A DNA stretch of 64,000 nt from Candidatus Woesebacteria bacterium RBG_16_42_24 (GCA_001792115.1 MGFX01000001.1:304705-368704), one strand, 5' to 3'. Shown: positions 10,313-19,737, numbered from the stretch's first letter. Program-made: numbers and translations. The notes: generated by a model from the sequence alone, not told the origin.

Positions 10313-11560
10313 ATGACTACATCTGATGACATCAAAATATTGGTAGAAGATTTAAGAAAACAAAGAGAGGCTCTTGATAAAAAGGAAGAAACCTTGAAAA
10401 AAAGAGAAGCGGAGCTAGTTGAAAGATTAGAAAAGGCTTCAGGAATGACTAAAGACGAAGCCTCAAAAATTCTTCTTGATGAGGTTCAGAAAAACTTAAC
10501 TAGCGAAATAGCCAAAAAGGTCCGCGCGGCGGAGGAAAGAGTTAAAGAAGAAGCTAATGAAAAATCCCGCGAAATTTTGGCAGACGCCATGAAACACGGT
10601 GCAACAAGTTATGTGGCTGAATATACGGTTTCATCGGTTACGGTTCCCAACGAAGATGTAAAAGGAAGAATAATCGGGGCCGGAGGAAGAAACATCAGAG
10701 CCTTTGAAAAGGAGACTGGGGTAGAGATAGAACTTGACGAAACAAATGAGATAAGGCTTTCCTCTTTTGACTCTGTAAGAAGGGAAATTGCCAAGAGGGC
10801 TCTTGAGATTTTAATCAGGGATGCCAGGATTCAGCCTTCGAGGATTGAAGAAGTGGTAAGACAGCTAAAGGGCGAGATGGAAGATGTGCTTTTAACTGAG
10901 GGCCGAAATATTGCCCAAGAATGCGGAGTATTTAATTTACCAGTTGAACTTCTAAGTTTAATTGGACGATATAAATTTAGAACGTCTTATGGGCAAAATT
11001 TGGGGTTACATACAATTGAAGAGACTAAAATCGGTATCGCGATTGCCAATGAACTAGGGGCCAAAGTGGATATCGTTAGACTTGGGTGTCTTCTTCACGA
11101 CATCGGAAAAGTTGTTACCGAAGAAGAGGGTACCCACGTTGAGGTTGGGGTTTCTACACTAAAACGCTTCGGCCTTCCCAAAGAGGTGGTGGCGGCCGTT
11201 GCCGAGCACCATGAGGATAAACCTTTCTCATCGGTTGAGTCGGTAATTGTTTGGACGGCTGATGCGATTTCCGGTTCTCGCCCCGGAGCAAGATACGAGC
11301 CGCACGAAGAATACGTCAAAAGAATGAGCAAGATTGAAGAAATAGTTGGAGGTTTTCCGGGGGTGGAATCTGTCATGGCTTTTCAGGCCGGTCGGGACGT
11401 TCGGGTAATCGTAAAACCAGACGAGGTGGACGATGATAGGTTAACCATCCTAGCTCATGATATTGCCCAAAGGTTGGAGAAAGAAACTCAATATGCAGGA
11501 CAAATAAAGGTTACGGCAATCCGAGAAGTAAGGGCAGTCGATACTACAAAAGCGAAATAA
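10313..11560 (+). CDS. rny: ribonuclease Y lacking the usual N-terminal transmembrane helix
   Basis: Coiled-coil N-terminus, KH domain (GRIIGAGGRNIRAFE), and HD domain (LLHDIGK ... AEHHEDKP). An in-frame TGA 27 nt upstream fixes the start. Confidence 0.85.
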   Translation: MTTSDDIKILVEDLRKQREALDKKEETLKKREAELVERLEKASGMTKDEASKILLDEVQKNLTSEIAKKVRAAEERVKEEANEKSREILADAMKHGATSYVAEYTVSSVTVPNEDVKGRIIGAGGRNIRAFEKETGVEIELDETNEIRLSSFDSVRREIAKRALEILIRDARIQPSRIEEVVRQLKGEMEDVLLTEGRNIAQECGVFNLPVELLSLIGRYKFRTSYGQNLGLHTIEETKIGIAIANELGAKVDIVRLGCLLHDIGKVVTEEEGTHVEVGVSTLKRFGLPKEVVAAVAEHHEDKPFSSVESVIVWTADAISGSRPGARYEPHEEYVKRMSKIEEIVGGFPGVESVMAFQAGRDVRVIVKPDEVDDDRLTILAHDIAQRLEKETQYAGQIKVTAIREVRAVDTTKAK

Positions 11561-11581
11561 ACTTCGAAAAGACCCAAATAC

Positions 11582-11610
11582 TTGACAAATTTTAAGTATT
11601 ACCATAATAT
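11582..11610 (+). promoter_or_regulatory. sigma70-like promoter for hup (-35 TTGACA, 17-nt spacer, -10 TAATAT)
   Basis: Consensus -35 and near-consensus -10 elements about 10 nt upstream of the HU start codon. Confidence 0.45.
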
Positions 11611-11619
11611 CAGCGGGAA

Positions 11620-11895
11620 ATGACGAAGAGGGAATTAATCGAGCAAGTTGCCCGAAAAGCCCATCTCACCAAAAGGGCAGCTGTGGAAGCTGTCGAGGTA
11701 TTTTTGGACGAAGTCGGACGCGTTCTCTCCAAAGGCGAAAAAGTGGTTCTTTCTGGATTCGGAACCTTTAGGGTTATATCAATGAAGGGTAAAACCGTCA
11801 AAATCCCCAAGACGGATAAGCTCGTTACAATCAAATCTCACCGTTCTCCCAGATTTACTCCGGGGAAGAAACTCAAAAGGCAAGTATTAAGATAA
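11620..11895 (+). CDS. hup: DNA-binding protein HU
   Basis: 91 aa. HU/IHF signature (GFGTFRV...R.PRFTPGK). Binding arm present. Confidence 0.85.
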   Translation: MTKRELIEQVARKAHLTKRAAVEAVEVFLDEVGRVLSKGEKVVLSGFGTFRVISMKGKTVKIPKTDKLVTIKSHRSPRFTPGKKLKRQVLR

Positions 11896-11987
11896 TCTCC
11901 AGTCTCCAAATTCCACTTTAGAAACTTGTTAATTAACTGGAATCTGGAAAATGGAAACTGGAAATTTGCCAGAGTATACTTGGCTTA

Positions 11988-12986
11988 ATGGACAAGGCAA
12001 TTTTGGTTGACCACTTAGTCAAAAATTTCGAAGTCACCGAAAAAACGCCGGGACTAATGGGTGCTTTCTCGACGCTTCTCTCGCCGAAAAAGAAAGTTGT
12101 CAGGGCCTTAAAAGACATCTCTTTTAGCGTAAGTAAGGGAGAATTGGTGGGTTTTATCGGCCCAAACGGAGCCGGGAAAACCACGACTTTAAAAGTCTTA
12201 TCCGGACTTTTGTATCCGACAGCCGGAATTACGCAGGTTTTGGGATTTGACCCCTGGGAAAGGCGCCCCGAATATCTCAAACGGATTTCGCTTGTGATGG
12301 GACAGAAGAACCAACTTTGGTGGGACCTTCCTGCAATTGAAACATTTGAACTAAATCGCGCGATTTACGAAATCCCCAAGAAAGTTTATAAAGAGTCTTT
12401 GGATGAGCTAGTAACACTTCTTGAGGTAGAGAAACTTCTCAACATTCAAGTCAGGAGGCTTTCTTTGGGACAAAGGATGAGGTTAGAACTCGTCGCAGCA
12501 CTGCTTCACCAGCCGGAAATTCTTTTTTTGGACGAGCCGACAATTGGGCTTGACCTTGTTGCCCAAGAAAAAATAAGGAATTTCATTTACGATTACAATC
12601 GTAAACACTCTGCCACAATTCTTCTGACTTCCCACAACATGGATGACGTAATTGATTTGGCAAGACGCGTGATTGTAATCGATGACGGTCGAATTATTTT
12701 TGATGGAATACTCGACGAGCTAATTGCACGGTTTGCAAAAGAAAAAATTATCAAATTGACTTTAACTAAAGAAATCGACACCAAAGAGCTTGAAAAAATT
12801 GGAAAGGTCAAAAGCATCCAGTTTCCAGAAGTTATTTTAAGAGTTCCCCGATCCGCAGCTGCAGTTGCCGCTTCCGAACTTTTGCAAAGCTTCCCGGTGG
12901 GAGATTTAACGATAGAAGAGGAAGACATAGAGGACGTCATTCGGGTGGTTTTTCGAGGGGAAGCCAAAAAGCTCTCCCGAAAATGA
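11988..12986 (+). CDS. ABC transporter ATP-binding protein
   Basis: Walker A GPNGAGKTTT, ABC signature LSLGQRMR, and Walker B LFLDEPT. 332 aa with a C-terminal extension. Confidence 0.85.
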   Translation: MDKAILVDHLVKNFEVTEKTPGLMGAFSTLLSPKKKVVRALKDISFSVSKGELVGFIGPNGAGKTTTLKVLSGLLYPTAGITQVLGFDPWERRPEYLKRISLVMGQKNQLWWDLPAIETFELNRAIYEIPKKVYKESLDELVTLLEVEKLLNIQVRRLSLGQRMRLELVAALLHQPEILFLDEPTIGLDLVAQEKIRNFIYDYNRKHSATILLTSHNMDDVIDLARRVIVIDDGRIIFDGILDELIARFAKEKIIKLTLTKEIDTKELEKIGKVKSIQFPEVILRVPRSAAAVAASELLQSFPVGDLTIEEEDIEDVIRVVFRGEAKKLSRK

Positions 12987-13786
12987 AAAAATATTTATCC
13001 GTCTTTAAAATTTCCTTCGCCCAGGAATTCGCCTACCGCTTAAATTTCATTATGTGGAGGGTGAGAAATGTCATGCAGATTATCTTGGTGTTTTTCCTTT
13101 GGGATACAGTTTTTTCAAACCCTGGAAGAGTTCTGTTTGGGTACGACAGGGCAAAAATTCTGACATATGTCTTCGGAATAATGATTGTTAAATCCCTGGT
13201 ATTATCAGCAAGGGCAGCAGACGTGGCTGGAGATATTTACAGAGGCGACATAATGAATCACCTTCTAAAACCCATGAGCTATTTTAAATTTTGGTTTACA
13301 AGAGATATATCCAGTAAAGCGCTAAATCTTCTATTTGCCGTTGGGGAATTTGCATTTCTTTTTATAATCTTAAGGCCACCGTTTTTTTTACAGACCGACC
13401 TATTGGCACTTTTCGGATTTTTCTTATCTATAGCCTTGGCAATTTTTATTTACTTTAACCTTCTTTTTATGACTAGTTCTATCCCGTTTTGGGCGCCAGA
13501 GCTCGGTTGGGGTTCGCACTTTTTGATAACGGCAATAGTTATAGAATTTTTGTCGGGATCATTATTCCCAATCGATATTCTGCCACTCACGATTCAGAAA
13601 ATATTATTCATATCGCCATTTCCGTATCTCATCTTTTTTCCCATACAAGTTTATCTGGGAAGGATTTCGGGGAGCGTCCTATTGGGCGGTTTAGCAATAT
13701 CCCTTTTCTGGGCCATAACTCTCTGGCTAGTTATGAATTTTATTTGGAATAAGGGACTGCGTGCTTATCAGGCATCTGGAAGATGA
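12983..13786 (+). CDS. ABC-2 type transporter permease
   Basis: 267 aa polytopic membrane protein. Start overlaps the stop of the ATPase gene. Confidence 0.6.
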   Translation: MKKYLSVFKISFAQEFAYRLNFIMWRVRNVMQIILVFFLWDTVFSNPGRVLFGYDRAKILTYVFGIMIVKSLVLSARAADVAGDIYRGDIMNHLLKPMSYFKFWFTRDISSKALNLLFAVGEFAFLFIILRPPFFLQTDLLALFGFFLSIALAIFIYFNLLFMTSSIPFWAPELGWGSHFLITAIVIEFLSGSLFPIDILPLTIQKILFISPFPYLIFFPIQVYLGRISGSVLLGGLAISLFWAITLWLVMNFIWNKGLRAYQASGR

Positions 13787-14571
13787 AAAAGATTTTGCGA
13801 TACCTAAATATCTGGTGGATAATGAGCAGGAATTCTTTTTCTATCTTTCTTTCCCTAAAGCTTTCGTTTTTAATCTTTTTAACAGGAAAAATCTTGAGAT
13901 TCATTTTTTTCATTTCATTTCTTTTCTTTATACTTCAGGGAACAAAAACATTAGCGGGTTACACAAGCAACCAAGCAATCTTCTTTTTTCTTACTTTCAA
14001 TTTGGTGGATGTAATGGCGCAGTTTCTCTTTAGGGAAGCTTATAGGTTTAGACCTCTTGTGGTTTCGGGCGATTTCGACTTAATTTTGGTAAAACCGGTG
14101 AACGCACTTTTCAGAGTTTTGATGGGGGGGGCAGATGTTCTGGATTTGATCACAATCCCGCCGATTATTTTCGCGGTCTATTATGTAGGTAGACTTCTTT
14201 CCCCCACAACAGCACACACTGTCCTTTTTCTACTTCTTATCATTAATGGTCTCCTCATCGCCACCGCTTTCCACATAGCAGTTTTGGCGTTGGGAATTAT
14301 TACCCTAGAGGTGGACCACACAATAATGATTTATAGGGATATAACAAACTTGGGTCGTTTCCCTGTAGATATTTATAAGCAGCCTTTGCAGGGAATTCTT
14401 ACCTATTTGATTCCGGTTGGGATTATGGTTACTCTTCCGGCAAAAGCGTTAATGGGATTGGTTACTCCATGGGGTATTGTGTCCTCCTTTGTACTAGGAA
14501 TAGTTGCTATTATTTTATCTTTGCGTTTTTGGAGCTTTGCCCTGACCAAATACTCAAGCGCAAGTAGCTAA
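13783..14571 (+). CDS. ABC-2 type transporter permease (second subunit)
   Basis: 262 aa polytopic membrane protein, translationally coupled to the upstream gene. Confidence 0.6.
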   Translation: MKKILRYLNIWWIMSRNSFSIFLSLKLSFLIFLTGKILRFIFFISFLFFILQGTKTLAGYTSNQAIFFFLTFNLVDVMAQFLFREAYRFRPLVVSGDFDLILVKPVNALFRVLMGGADVLDLITIPPIIFAVYYVGRLLSPTTAHTVLFLLLIINGLLIATAFHIAVLALGIITLEVDHTIMIYRDITNLGRFPVDIYKQPLQGILTYLIPVGIMVTLPAKALMGLVTPWGIVSSFVLGIVAIILSLRFWSFALTKYSSASS

Positions 14572-14572
14572 G

Positions 14573-15583
14573 ATGAAAAAACTTTTAGTTATAGTAGGGC
14601 CGACAGCGATTGGTAAAACCTCATTGGCTATCGCCCTTGCCAAGAAATTTAATGGGGAGGTAATATCCGCCGATTCGAGACAGGTTTATAAAGGGATGGA
14701 CATTGGGACAGGAAAGGACCTGTCCCGAAATTCCAAATTCCAACGAGAAAGTCGGTTACTCTTTCCAAATTCCAAATTAGAATTTAGAAATTTGGGTTTA
14801 GGATTTTACACCGTAAGCGGTGTACGAATTTGGGGTTATGATTTAGTCGAGCCCAAAAAGGATTTCAGCGTTGCCCAGTATATAAAAATTGTTCGAGTAA
14901 TTATTGACGACATTTTTGCAAGGGGAAAGCTCGTTATTCTGACTGGCGGAACCGGGCTTTATATAGAAGCATTAATAGATGGAATTGAAACGGTTTCGAT
15001 CCCGCCAAACCCTAAGCTTAGAAAATCTTTGTCCGAGAAAACTCGCGATGAACTTTTTGATACCTTAGCGCACATTGACCCGATAAAGGCGGCCTCGCTT
15101 AACTCCTCCGATAGAAAGAACCCTAGAAGACTTATCCGTGCAATTGAGATTGCCCTACAAAACTCAACCGCGAAGCGGGTTATTCTAACTCCAAAACTCC
15201 AAAAATCGAAACTTGATGCAAATACGCTTTTTATTGGACTTACTGCACCGAAGGAGTTTCTGTTCAATAATATCGAAAAAAGAGTTGAGGAAAGAGTTAG
15301 GGGAGGCATAAAAAAAGAGATTGAAGAACTTCTTGGCAAAGGTGTTTCATGGAAGGATCAATCGATGAGCTCTCTTGGATATAGAGAATGGAAAAGTTAT
15401 TTTGAGAGTAATGCAGCCGACGCTGAAGCAATTGAAAATTGGAAGAAGGAGGAAAATAAATATGCCAAAAGGCAGCTTACCTGGTTTAAACGTGATAAGA
15501 GGATAGGGTGGTTTGATGTAACAGATGCTGGTTGGCAAAGAAACGTGGAATTTATGGTCGAAAAATGGTACATTTCTAGATAA
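14573..15583 (+). CDS. miaA: tRNA dimethylallyltransferase MiaA with an approximately 30-aa in-frame insertion
   Basis: P-loop GPTAIGKTSLAI and SADSRQVYKGMDIGTGK. The insertion (DLSRNSKFQRESRLLFPNSKLEFRNLGLG) is encoded by CCAAATTCC-type repeat DNA. Confidence 0.85.
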   Translation: MKKLLVIVGPTAIGKTSLAIALAKKFNGEVISADSRQVYKGMDIGTGKDLSRNSKFQRESRLLFPNSKLEFRNLGLGFYTVSGVRIWGYDLVEPKKDFSVAQYIKIVRVIIDDIFARGKLVILTGGTGLYIEALIDGIETVSIPPNPKLRKSLSEKTRDELFDTLAHIDPIKAASLNSSDRKNPRRLIRAIEIALQNSTAKRVILTPKLQKSKLDANTLFIGLTAPKEFLFNNIEKRVEERVRGGIKKEIEELLGKGVSWKDQSMSSLGYREWKSYFESNAADAEAIENWKKEENKYAKRQLTWFKRDKRIGWFDVTDAGWQRNVEFMVEKWYISR

Positions 15584-15585
15584 CC

Positions 15586-16563
15586 ATGCCACGTAAGATT
15601 GAAATTTCTCACAGAACGATAGTTTTCATGGTCCTTTTCTTACTATTCCTGTGGCTTTTATATCTAATCCGAGACATTATTTTGGAATTTTTTGTTGCAC
15701 TTTTAATCATGGCAATATTGGATCCGACAGTTACACGCTTTTCTAGATTTAAAATTCCCCGTGCAATCTCGGTACTAGTTGTTTATATTCTGTCAATTGG
15801 TCTTATTTCACTAACCATTGGGGCCATAATCCCGCCGTTAGTTGAGCAAACAGCGGCATTTGCCGTTGGACTTCCGAAATACCTAGCCAACCTTGGAGTT
15901 TCTCGGTTTGTTAGCGACGAAATTGTGAGGCAACTACTTAACCAAATTGGAATTATTCCGGCACAAGCTCTTAAAATCGGAATTTCTATTTTCTCAAACG
16001 TATTAGGAGTACTAACCGTCTTAATACTTGCTTTTTATCTTCTTTTGACCCGAGATAAATTGGACGAGGCTTTGGGATTCTTTTTTGGAGACGACAGGAG
16101 AAAAGAAGCAATTAAGCTCGTCGACGTTTTGGAACAAAAACTTGGAGGTTGGGCCAGAGGAGAGCTTGCCCTTATGGTACTGGTTGGGGTTTCTACTTAT
16201 TTCGGGTTAATTCTTCTCGGAATTCCATTTGCGCTCCCTTTGGCCCTTCTTGCGGGGCTACTTGAAATTGTTCCTTATGTAGGGCCGATAATTTCTGCAA
16301 TACCCTCTGTTATTATCGGACTCGGCATCTCCCCCATAATAGGCCTTGCGACGGCTGCACTCTATTTTCTGATACAGCAAGTCGAGAATTATGTATTTGT
16401 GCCAAAAGTTATGGAAAAATCGGTTGGGGTTTCCCCGATTATCACTCTTTTAGCCCTTGCGGTTGGATTTAGATTAGCCGGAGTCGTAGGAATTGTAATG
16501 TCTGTTCCTGTTGTAATCTCCATCCAAGTAATAGTTGCGCGATATCTTCTAACGAAAGAGTAA
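15586..16563 (+). CDS. AI-2E family transporter (PerM/YhhT-like)
   Basis: 325 aa, 8 TM segments, with the conserved LLEIVPYVGPII...IGL region. Confidence 0.8.
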   Translation: MPRKIEISHRTIVFMVLFLLFLWLLYLIRDIILEFFVALLIMAILDPTVTRFSRFKIPRAISVLVVYILSIGLISLTIGAIIPPLVEQTAAFAVGLPKYLANLGVSRFVSDEIVRQLLNQIGIIPAQALKIGISIFSNVLGVLTVLILAFYLLLTRDKLDEALGFFFGDDRRKEAIKLVDVLEQKLGGWARGELALMVLVGVSTYFGLILLGIPFALPLALLAGLLEIVPYVGPIISAIPSVIIGLGISPIIGLATAALYFLIQQVENYVFVPKVMEKSVGVSPIITLLALAVGFRLAGVVGIVMSVPVVISIQVIVARYLLTKE

Positions 16564-16592
16564 CATTTCTGGAAAAAAGGCGATCTTTCTGC

Positions 16593-16598
16593 TATAAT
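16593..16598 (+). promoter_or_regulatory. -10 element TATAAT immediately upstream of the rnpB 5' end
   Basis: gcTATAATgc sits 1-7 nt before the start of the P1 stem. Confidence 0.4.
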
Positions 16599-16943
16599 GC
16601 TTTCGCTCTGGAGGAAGGACGACTAGGACGTACACATTTGCTCAAAGCAAATTGTTACGTTCAGGAAAGTCCAGGCAGCAGAAGGCAGGGTGGTCGCCGC
16701 AAGGCGACACCCCGTTAGATAGCCGTAAGCGGCACCTAATGGGGCTAGTTAGAGCCACAGAGACTATGTCGATCTCGCCACTTAAAATGTGGCGGACACG
16801 AGTGAAAAGGGGCAATCCTCCCCGCTGCAACCTCCGAATAGGACGTTATCAGGAGCCTTCCCGAGTCCTGAAGTTTGAGGGCATAGATGGATTGTCGTTT
16901 AAAAACAGAACCTGGCTTACTCTACCCTCCAGAGCACGAAAGC
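16599..16943 (+). ncRNA. rnpB: RNase P RNA (bacterial type A-like)
   Basis: Conserved AGGAAAGTCCAGGC (P4 5' strand) and ACAGAACCTGGCTTA (P4 3' strand). P1 stem GCTTTCGCTCTGGAGG pairs with CCTCCAGAGCACGAAAGC. Length about 345 nt. Confidence 0.75.
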
Positions 16944-16969
16944 GGCTCGCCAAAGGCGAGCCTTTTTCG
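16943..16969 (+). terminator. Rho-independent terminator of rnpB
   Basis: GGCTCGCC-aaa-GGCGAGCC followed by TTTTTCGTTT. Confidence 0.65.
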
Positions 16970-17152
16970 TTTGTGTAAAGACTTGATTCTTCGTGAAAAA
17001 TTGGTCAGAATGGTGGTTAGGGTCTTCTAAATAAAGGGGGCTTGCCCCCCGTAGCCGTATTAGTAATGAGACCCTCCTCCGCCAAGGCTACGGAAGGGTT
17101 CGCCCGTTATTTTTAATAGAATGAGCGGAGGGCGAAGGGGGGTGAGAAACTT

Positions 17153-17836
17153 TTGAACGCATTTTCTTCATGGCAAACAGCACTTCTTATTTCCTGGGGT
17201 GAGGTTTGGACAAGTTTTGTCAGGATTCTACCAAGCCTCTTGGGCGCAATCGTAGTTTTTGCAATAGGCTTAGTCTTGGCCTATTGGGTAAAAAGATTGA
17301 TAGTTCAGGGGCTGAAATTGATTCAATTCGAGAAGCTTTCTGGATTGGTAGGGGTGGATAGGTATCTTGCCAAAGCCGAGATTAGACTATCTTTCACAGA
17401 ACTTTTGGGGACAATTGTTGAATGGATTATAGTTTTGGTATTTTTCTTGGCGGTTGTCGATATTTTGGGTCTTTCGGCGGTATCGATGGTACTTGCACAA
17501 GTCCTTGGCTATATTCCGAACGTATTGGCTGCTGCTCTTATTTTTGCAGCAGGATATTTCGTAGCCGGGCTGGTTGATACTCTCGTTCGGGGGGCTTTGG
17601 TTTCTGTGGATCATGAACTCGCCAAACCGGTTGGAAGATTATCAAGGTGGGTAATATTAATAATTGCCTTTTTTGCCGCGGTCGACCAATTGCAAATTGC
17701 CCGGGGGTTAATCTCGACATTTTTCCAAGGACTTACTTATACAGTTGTTTTGATAGTTGGGCTTTCGGTGGGCCTTGGAGCAAAGGATTTGGTTTCGAAG
17801 ATTTTGACCGATTGGTACGAGAAGATTAGGAAATAG
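17153..17836 (+). CDS. membrane protein with 'conserved TM helix' repeats (MscS-N-terminal-like)
   Basis: 227 aa, 5-6 hydrophobic helices, with duplicated VVFAIGLVLAYWV / IIAFFAAV segments. Confidence 0.5.
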   Translation: MNAFSSWQTALLISWGEVWTSFVRILPSLLGAIVVFAIGLVLAYWVKRLIVQGLKLIQFEKLSGLVGVDRYLAKAEIRLSFTELLGTIVEWIIVLVFFLAVVDILGLSAVSMVLAQVLGYIPNVLAAALIFAAGYFVAGLVDTLVRGALVSVDHELAKPVGRLSRWVILIIAFFAAVDQLQIARGLISTFFQGLTYTVVLIVGLSVGLGAKDLVSKILTDWYEKIRK

Positions 17837-18035
17837 GCTTTTGGATATTTTTTAATATTAAACTCCTTCGACAGGAGCAATGGTACTTTCTTTGCTTGCC
17901 CAAAACAATATATTACTTTCTTGCTCACCCAAGGTTGCACTCGCTCGTCTCGTCGTGGTAGCTGCGTTCAATGGGTTTTATACGAGGTGAATTTAAAAAG
18001 TGCTCCTAACAATTACAAAATCAAGATAAAATGGG

Positions 18036-18041
18036 TATAAT
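18036..18041 (+). promoter_or_regulatory. candidate -10 (TATAAT) for the pilB operon
   Basis: TATAAT located 15 nt upstream of the pilB ATG. Confidence 0.3.
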
Positions 18042-18056
18042 CGATATTAGCTGCCC

Positions 18057-19736
18057 ATGAAATTACCCATCGAAACTCTCAAGCAGATTGTTGTTGGGAG
18101 CGGTTTTGTTACAGAGAGAGATTTTACCGAAGCGGCGACCTCGGCAGTTGATTTAGGAAGACACGTAGAAGACGTCTTAATTTTTAGGGGACTGATAAGT
18201 GAAGACGCGCTTTCAAAGCTTATTGCCGAGCACACAAAGGTTCCCCACGCTGCCATCACCCGTCAGATTATCCCCGACGAGATTCTAGCCCTTATTCCAG
18301 AGAAAATGGCGCGCACGTATCGTATGGTTCCCTTTGGCAAAAAAGAGGGTAGTCTAGCGCTTGCCATGGAAAACCCCGAGGACTTTGAGGCTTTGGAATT
18401 TGCCAAGCGCCACTCGAGACTAAAGGTGACTCCGCACTTTGCTTCGGCAAATGAGATAAGGCAAGCGCTGGGACAATATAAAAGGAATATCAGGGCCGAT
18501 TTTGACAAGATAATTGCCGAGAATGTCAAAAAGGCCTCAGCCGGAGAAAATCTGATTAAAGCGGCTGAGGAGCTTCCGATAATCAAAGTTTTGGATACAA
18601 TTCTAATGTACGCAATCTCCGAGCGTGCTTCCGATATTCACATAGAGACACAGGAAAAAGAAGTGATAGTACGCCTAAGGGTCGACGGGGTATTAAGAGA
18701 TATTTTGAAGCTTCCTAGGGGTATTGAGGATTCTTTGGTTGCTAGAATAAAAATTCTTTCAAACCTCAAAATTGATGAACATAGAATTCCCCAAGACGGC
18801 CGTCACAAATTTACAATCGACGAAGACGTTATTGCCCTAAGAATTTCAATTATTCCTGGTTTTTACGGGGAAAATGTGGTGATGAGACTTCTTCCCGAGT
18901 CGACCCGACCTCAGAGTTTAGAGGAATTGGGAGTGATGGGTAAAAATTTGGAAATTCTTAACGGCAATTTCAAAAAACCTCACGGAATGATACTGGTTAC
19001 AGGGCCTACCGGAAGTGGAAAGACTACAACTCTTTATGCGATTCTAAATATTTTAAACACGGTTAGGGTAAATATTTGTACGATCGAAGATCCGATTGAA
19101 TACGGAATGAATAGAATTACCCAAATCCAAGTTAATACCAAGGCTGGGTTGGATTTTGCAGCGGGCTTGAGAGCTCTTCTAAGGCACGACCCCAACATAA
19201 TTATGGTAGGAGAAATTAGAGACGAAGAAACTGCAAAAATCGCCGTACACTCGGCTCTCACCGGGCATTTGGTTCTTTCCACTCTTCACACAAACGACGC
19301 GGCCGGAGCAATACCCAGGTTTCTTGATATGGGAGTAGAGGGGTATTTGGTTGCCTCAACAGTAAATGCAATTGTTGCCCAAAGACTCATAAGGAAAATT
19401 TGTCCGAACTGCATAGTCGAGTACGCACCCGAAAGGGTAGTTATTACCAGACTTACCGAGGAATTGGGGATCGACCTTAAGAGCCAGAAATTTTATAAAG
19501 GCCAGGGTTGTGAAGAGTGTCATATGAGTGGATTTCTAGGAAGGATTGGGATTTATGAAGTTTTGTCGGTTACCGAGGGTATTAGAGCCTTAACTTCCGA
19601 AAAGTCATCAGCGGATAAAATTCAAAAACTGGCAGTTTCCGAGGGCCTTATCACCATGCTTCACGACGGAATAAATAAGGTTGCCGCGGGATTGACTACA
19701 ATTGAGGAGGTTTTAAAAGCCGTGAAAGAAGATTAA
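18057..19736 (+). CDS. pilB: type IV pilus assembly ATPase PilB (GspE family)
   Basis: 559 aa. T2SSE N-domain, Walker A GPTGSGKTTT, and a tetracysteine motif CPNC...CEEC. Confidence 0.9.
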   Translation: MKLPIETLKQIVVGSGFVTERDFTEAATSAVDLGRHVEDVLIFRGLISEDALSKLIAEHTKVPHAAITRQIIPDEILALIPEKMARTYRMVPFGKKEGSLALAMENPEDFEALEFAKRHSRLKVTPHFASANEIRQALGQYKRNIRADFDKIIAENVKKASAGENLIKAAEELPIIKVLDTILMYAISERASDIHIETQEKEVIVRLRVDGVLRDILKLPRGIEDSLVARIKILSNLKIDEHRIPQDGRHKFTIDEDVIALRISIIPGFYGENVVMRLLPESTRPQSLEELGVMGKNLEILNGNFKKPHGMILVTGPTGSGKTTTLYAILNILNTVRVNICTIEDPIEYGMNRITQIQVNTKAGLDFAAGLRALLRHDPNIIMVGEIRDEETAKIAVHSALTGHLVLSTLHTNDAAGAIPRFLDMGVEGYLVASTVNAIVAQRLIRKICPNCIVEYAPERVVITRLTEELGIDLKSQKFYKGQGCEECHMSGFLGRIGIYEVLSVTEGIRALTSEKSSADKIQKLAVSEGLITMLHDGINKVAAGLTTIEEVLKAVKED

Positions 19737-19737
19737 A

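Noticed and set aside
16642-16978. ORFs 16642-16830 (minus strand) and 16652-16978 (plus strand) from the six-frame track
   Set aside because: They lie entirely inside the RNase P RNA gene (conserved P4 strands and P1 stem identified), so they are artefacts of translating a structured RNA.
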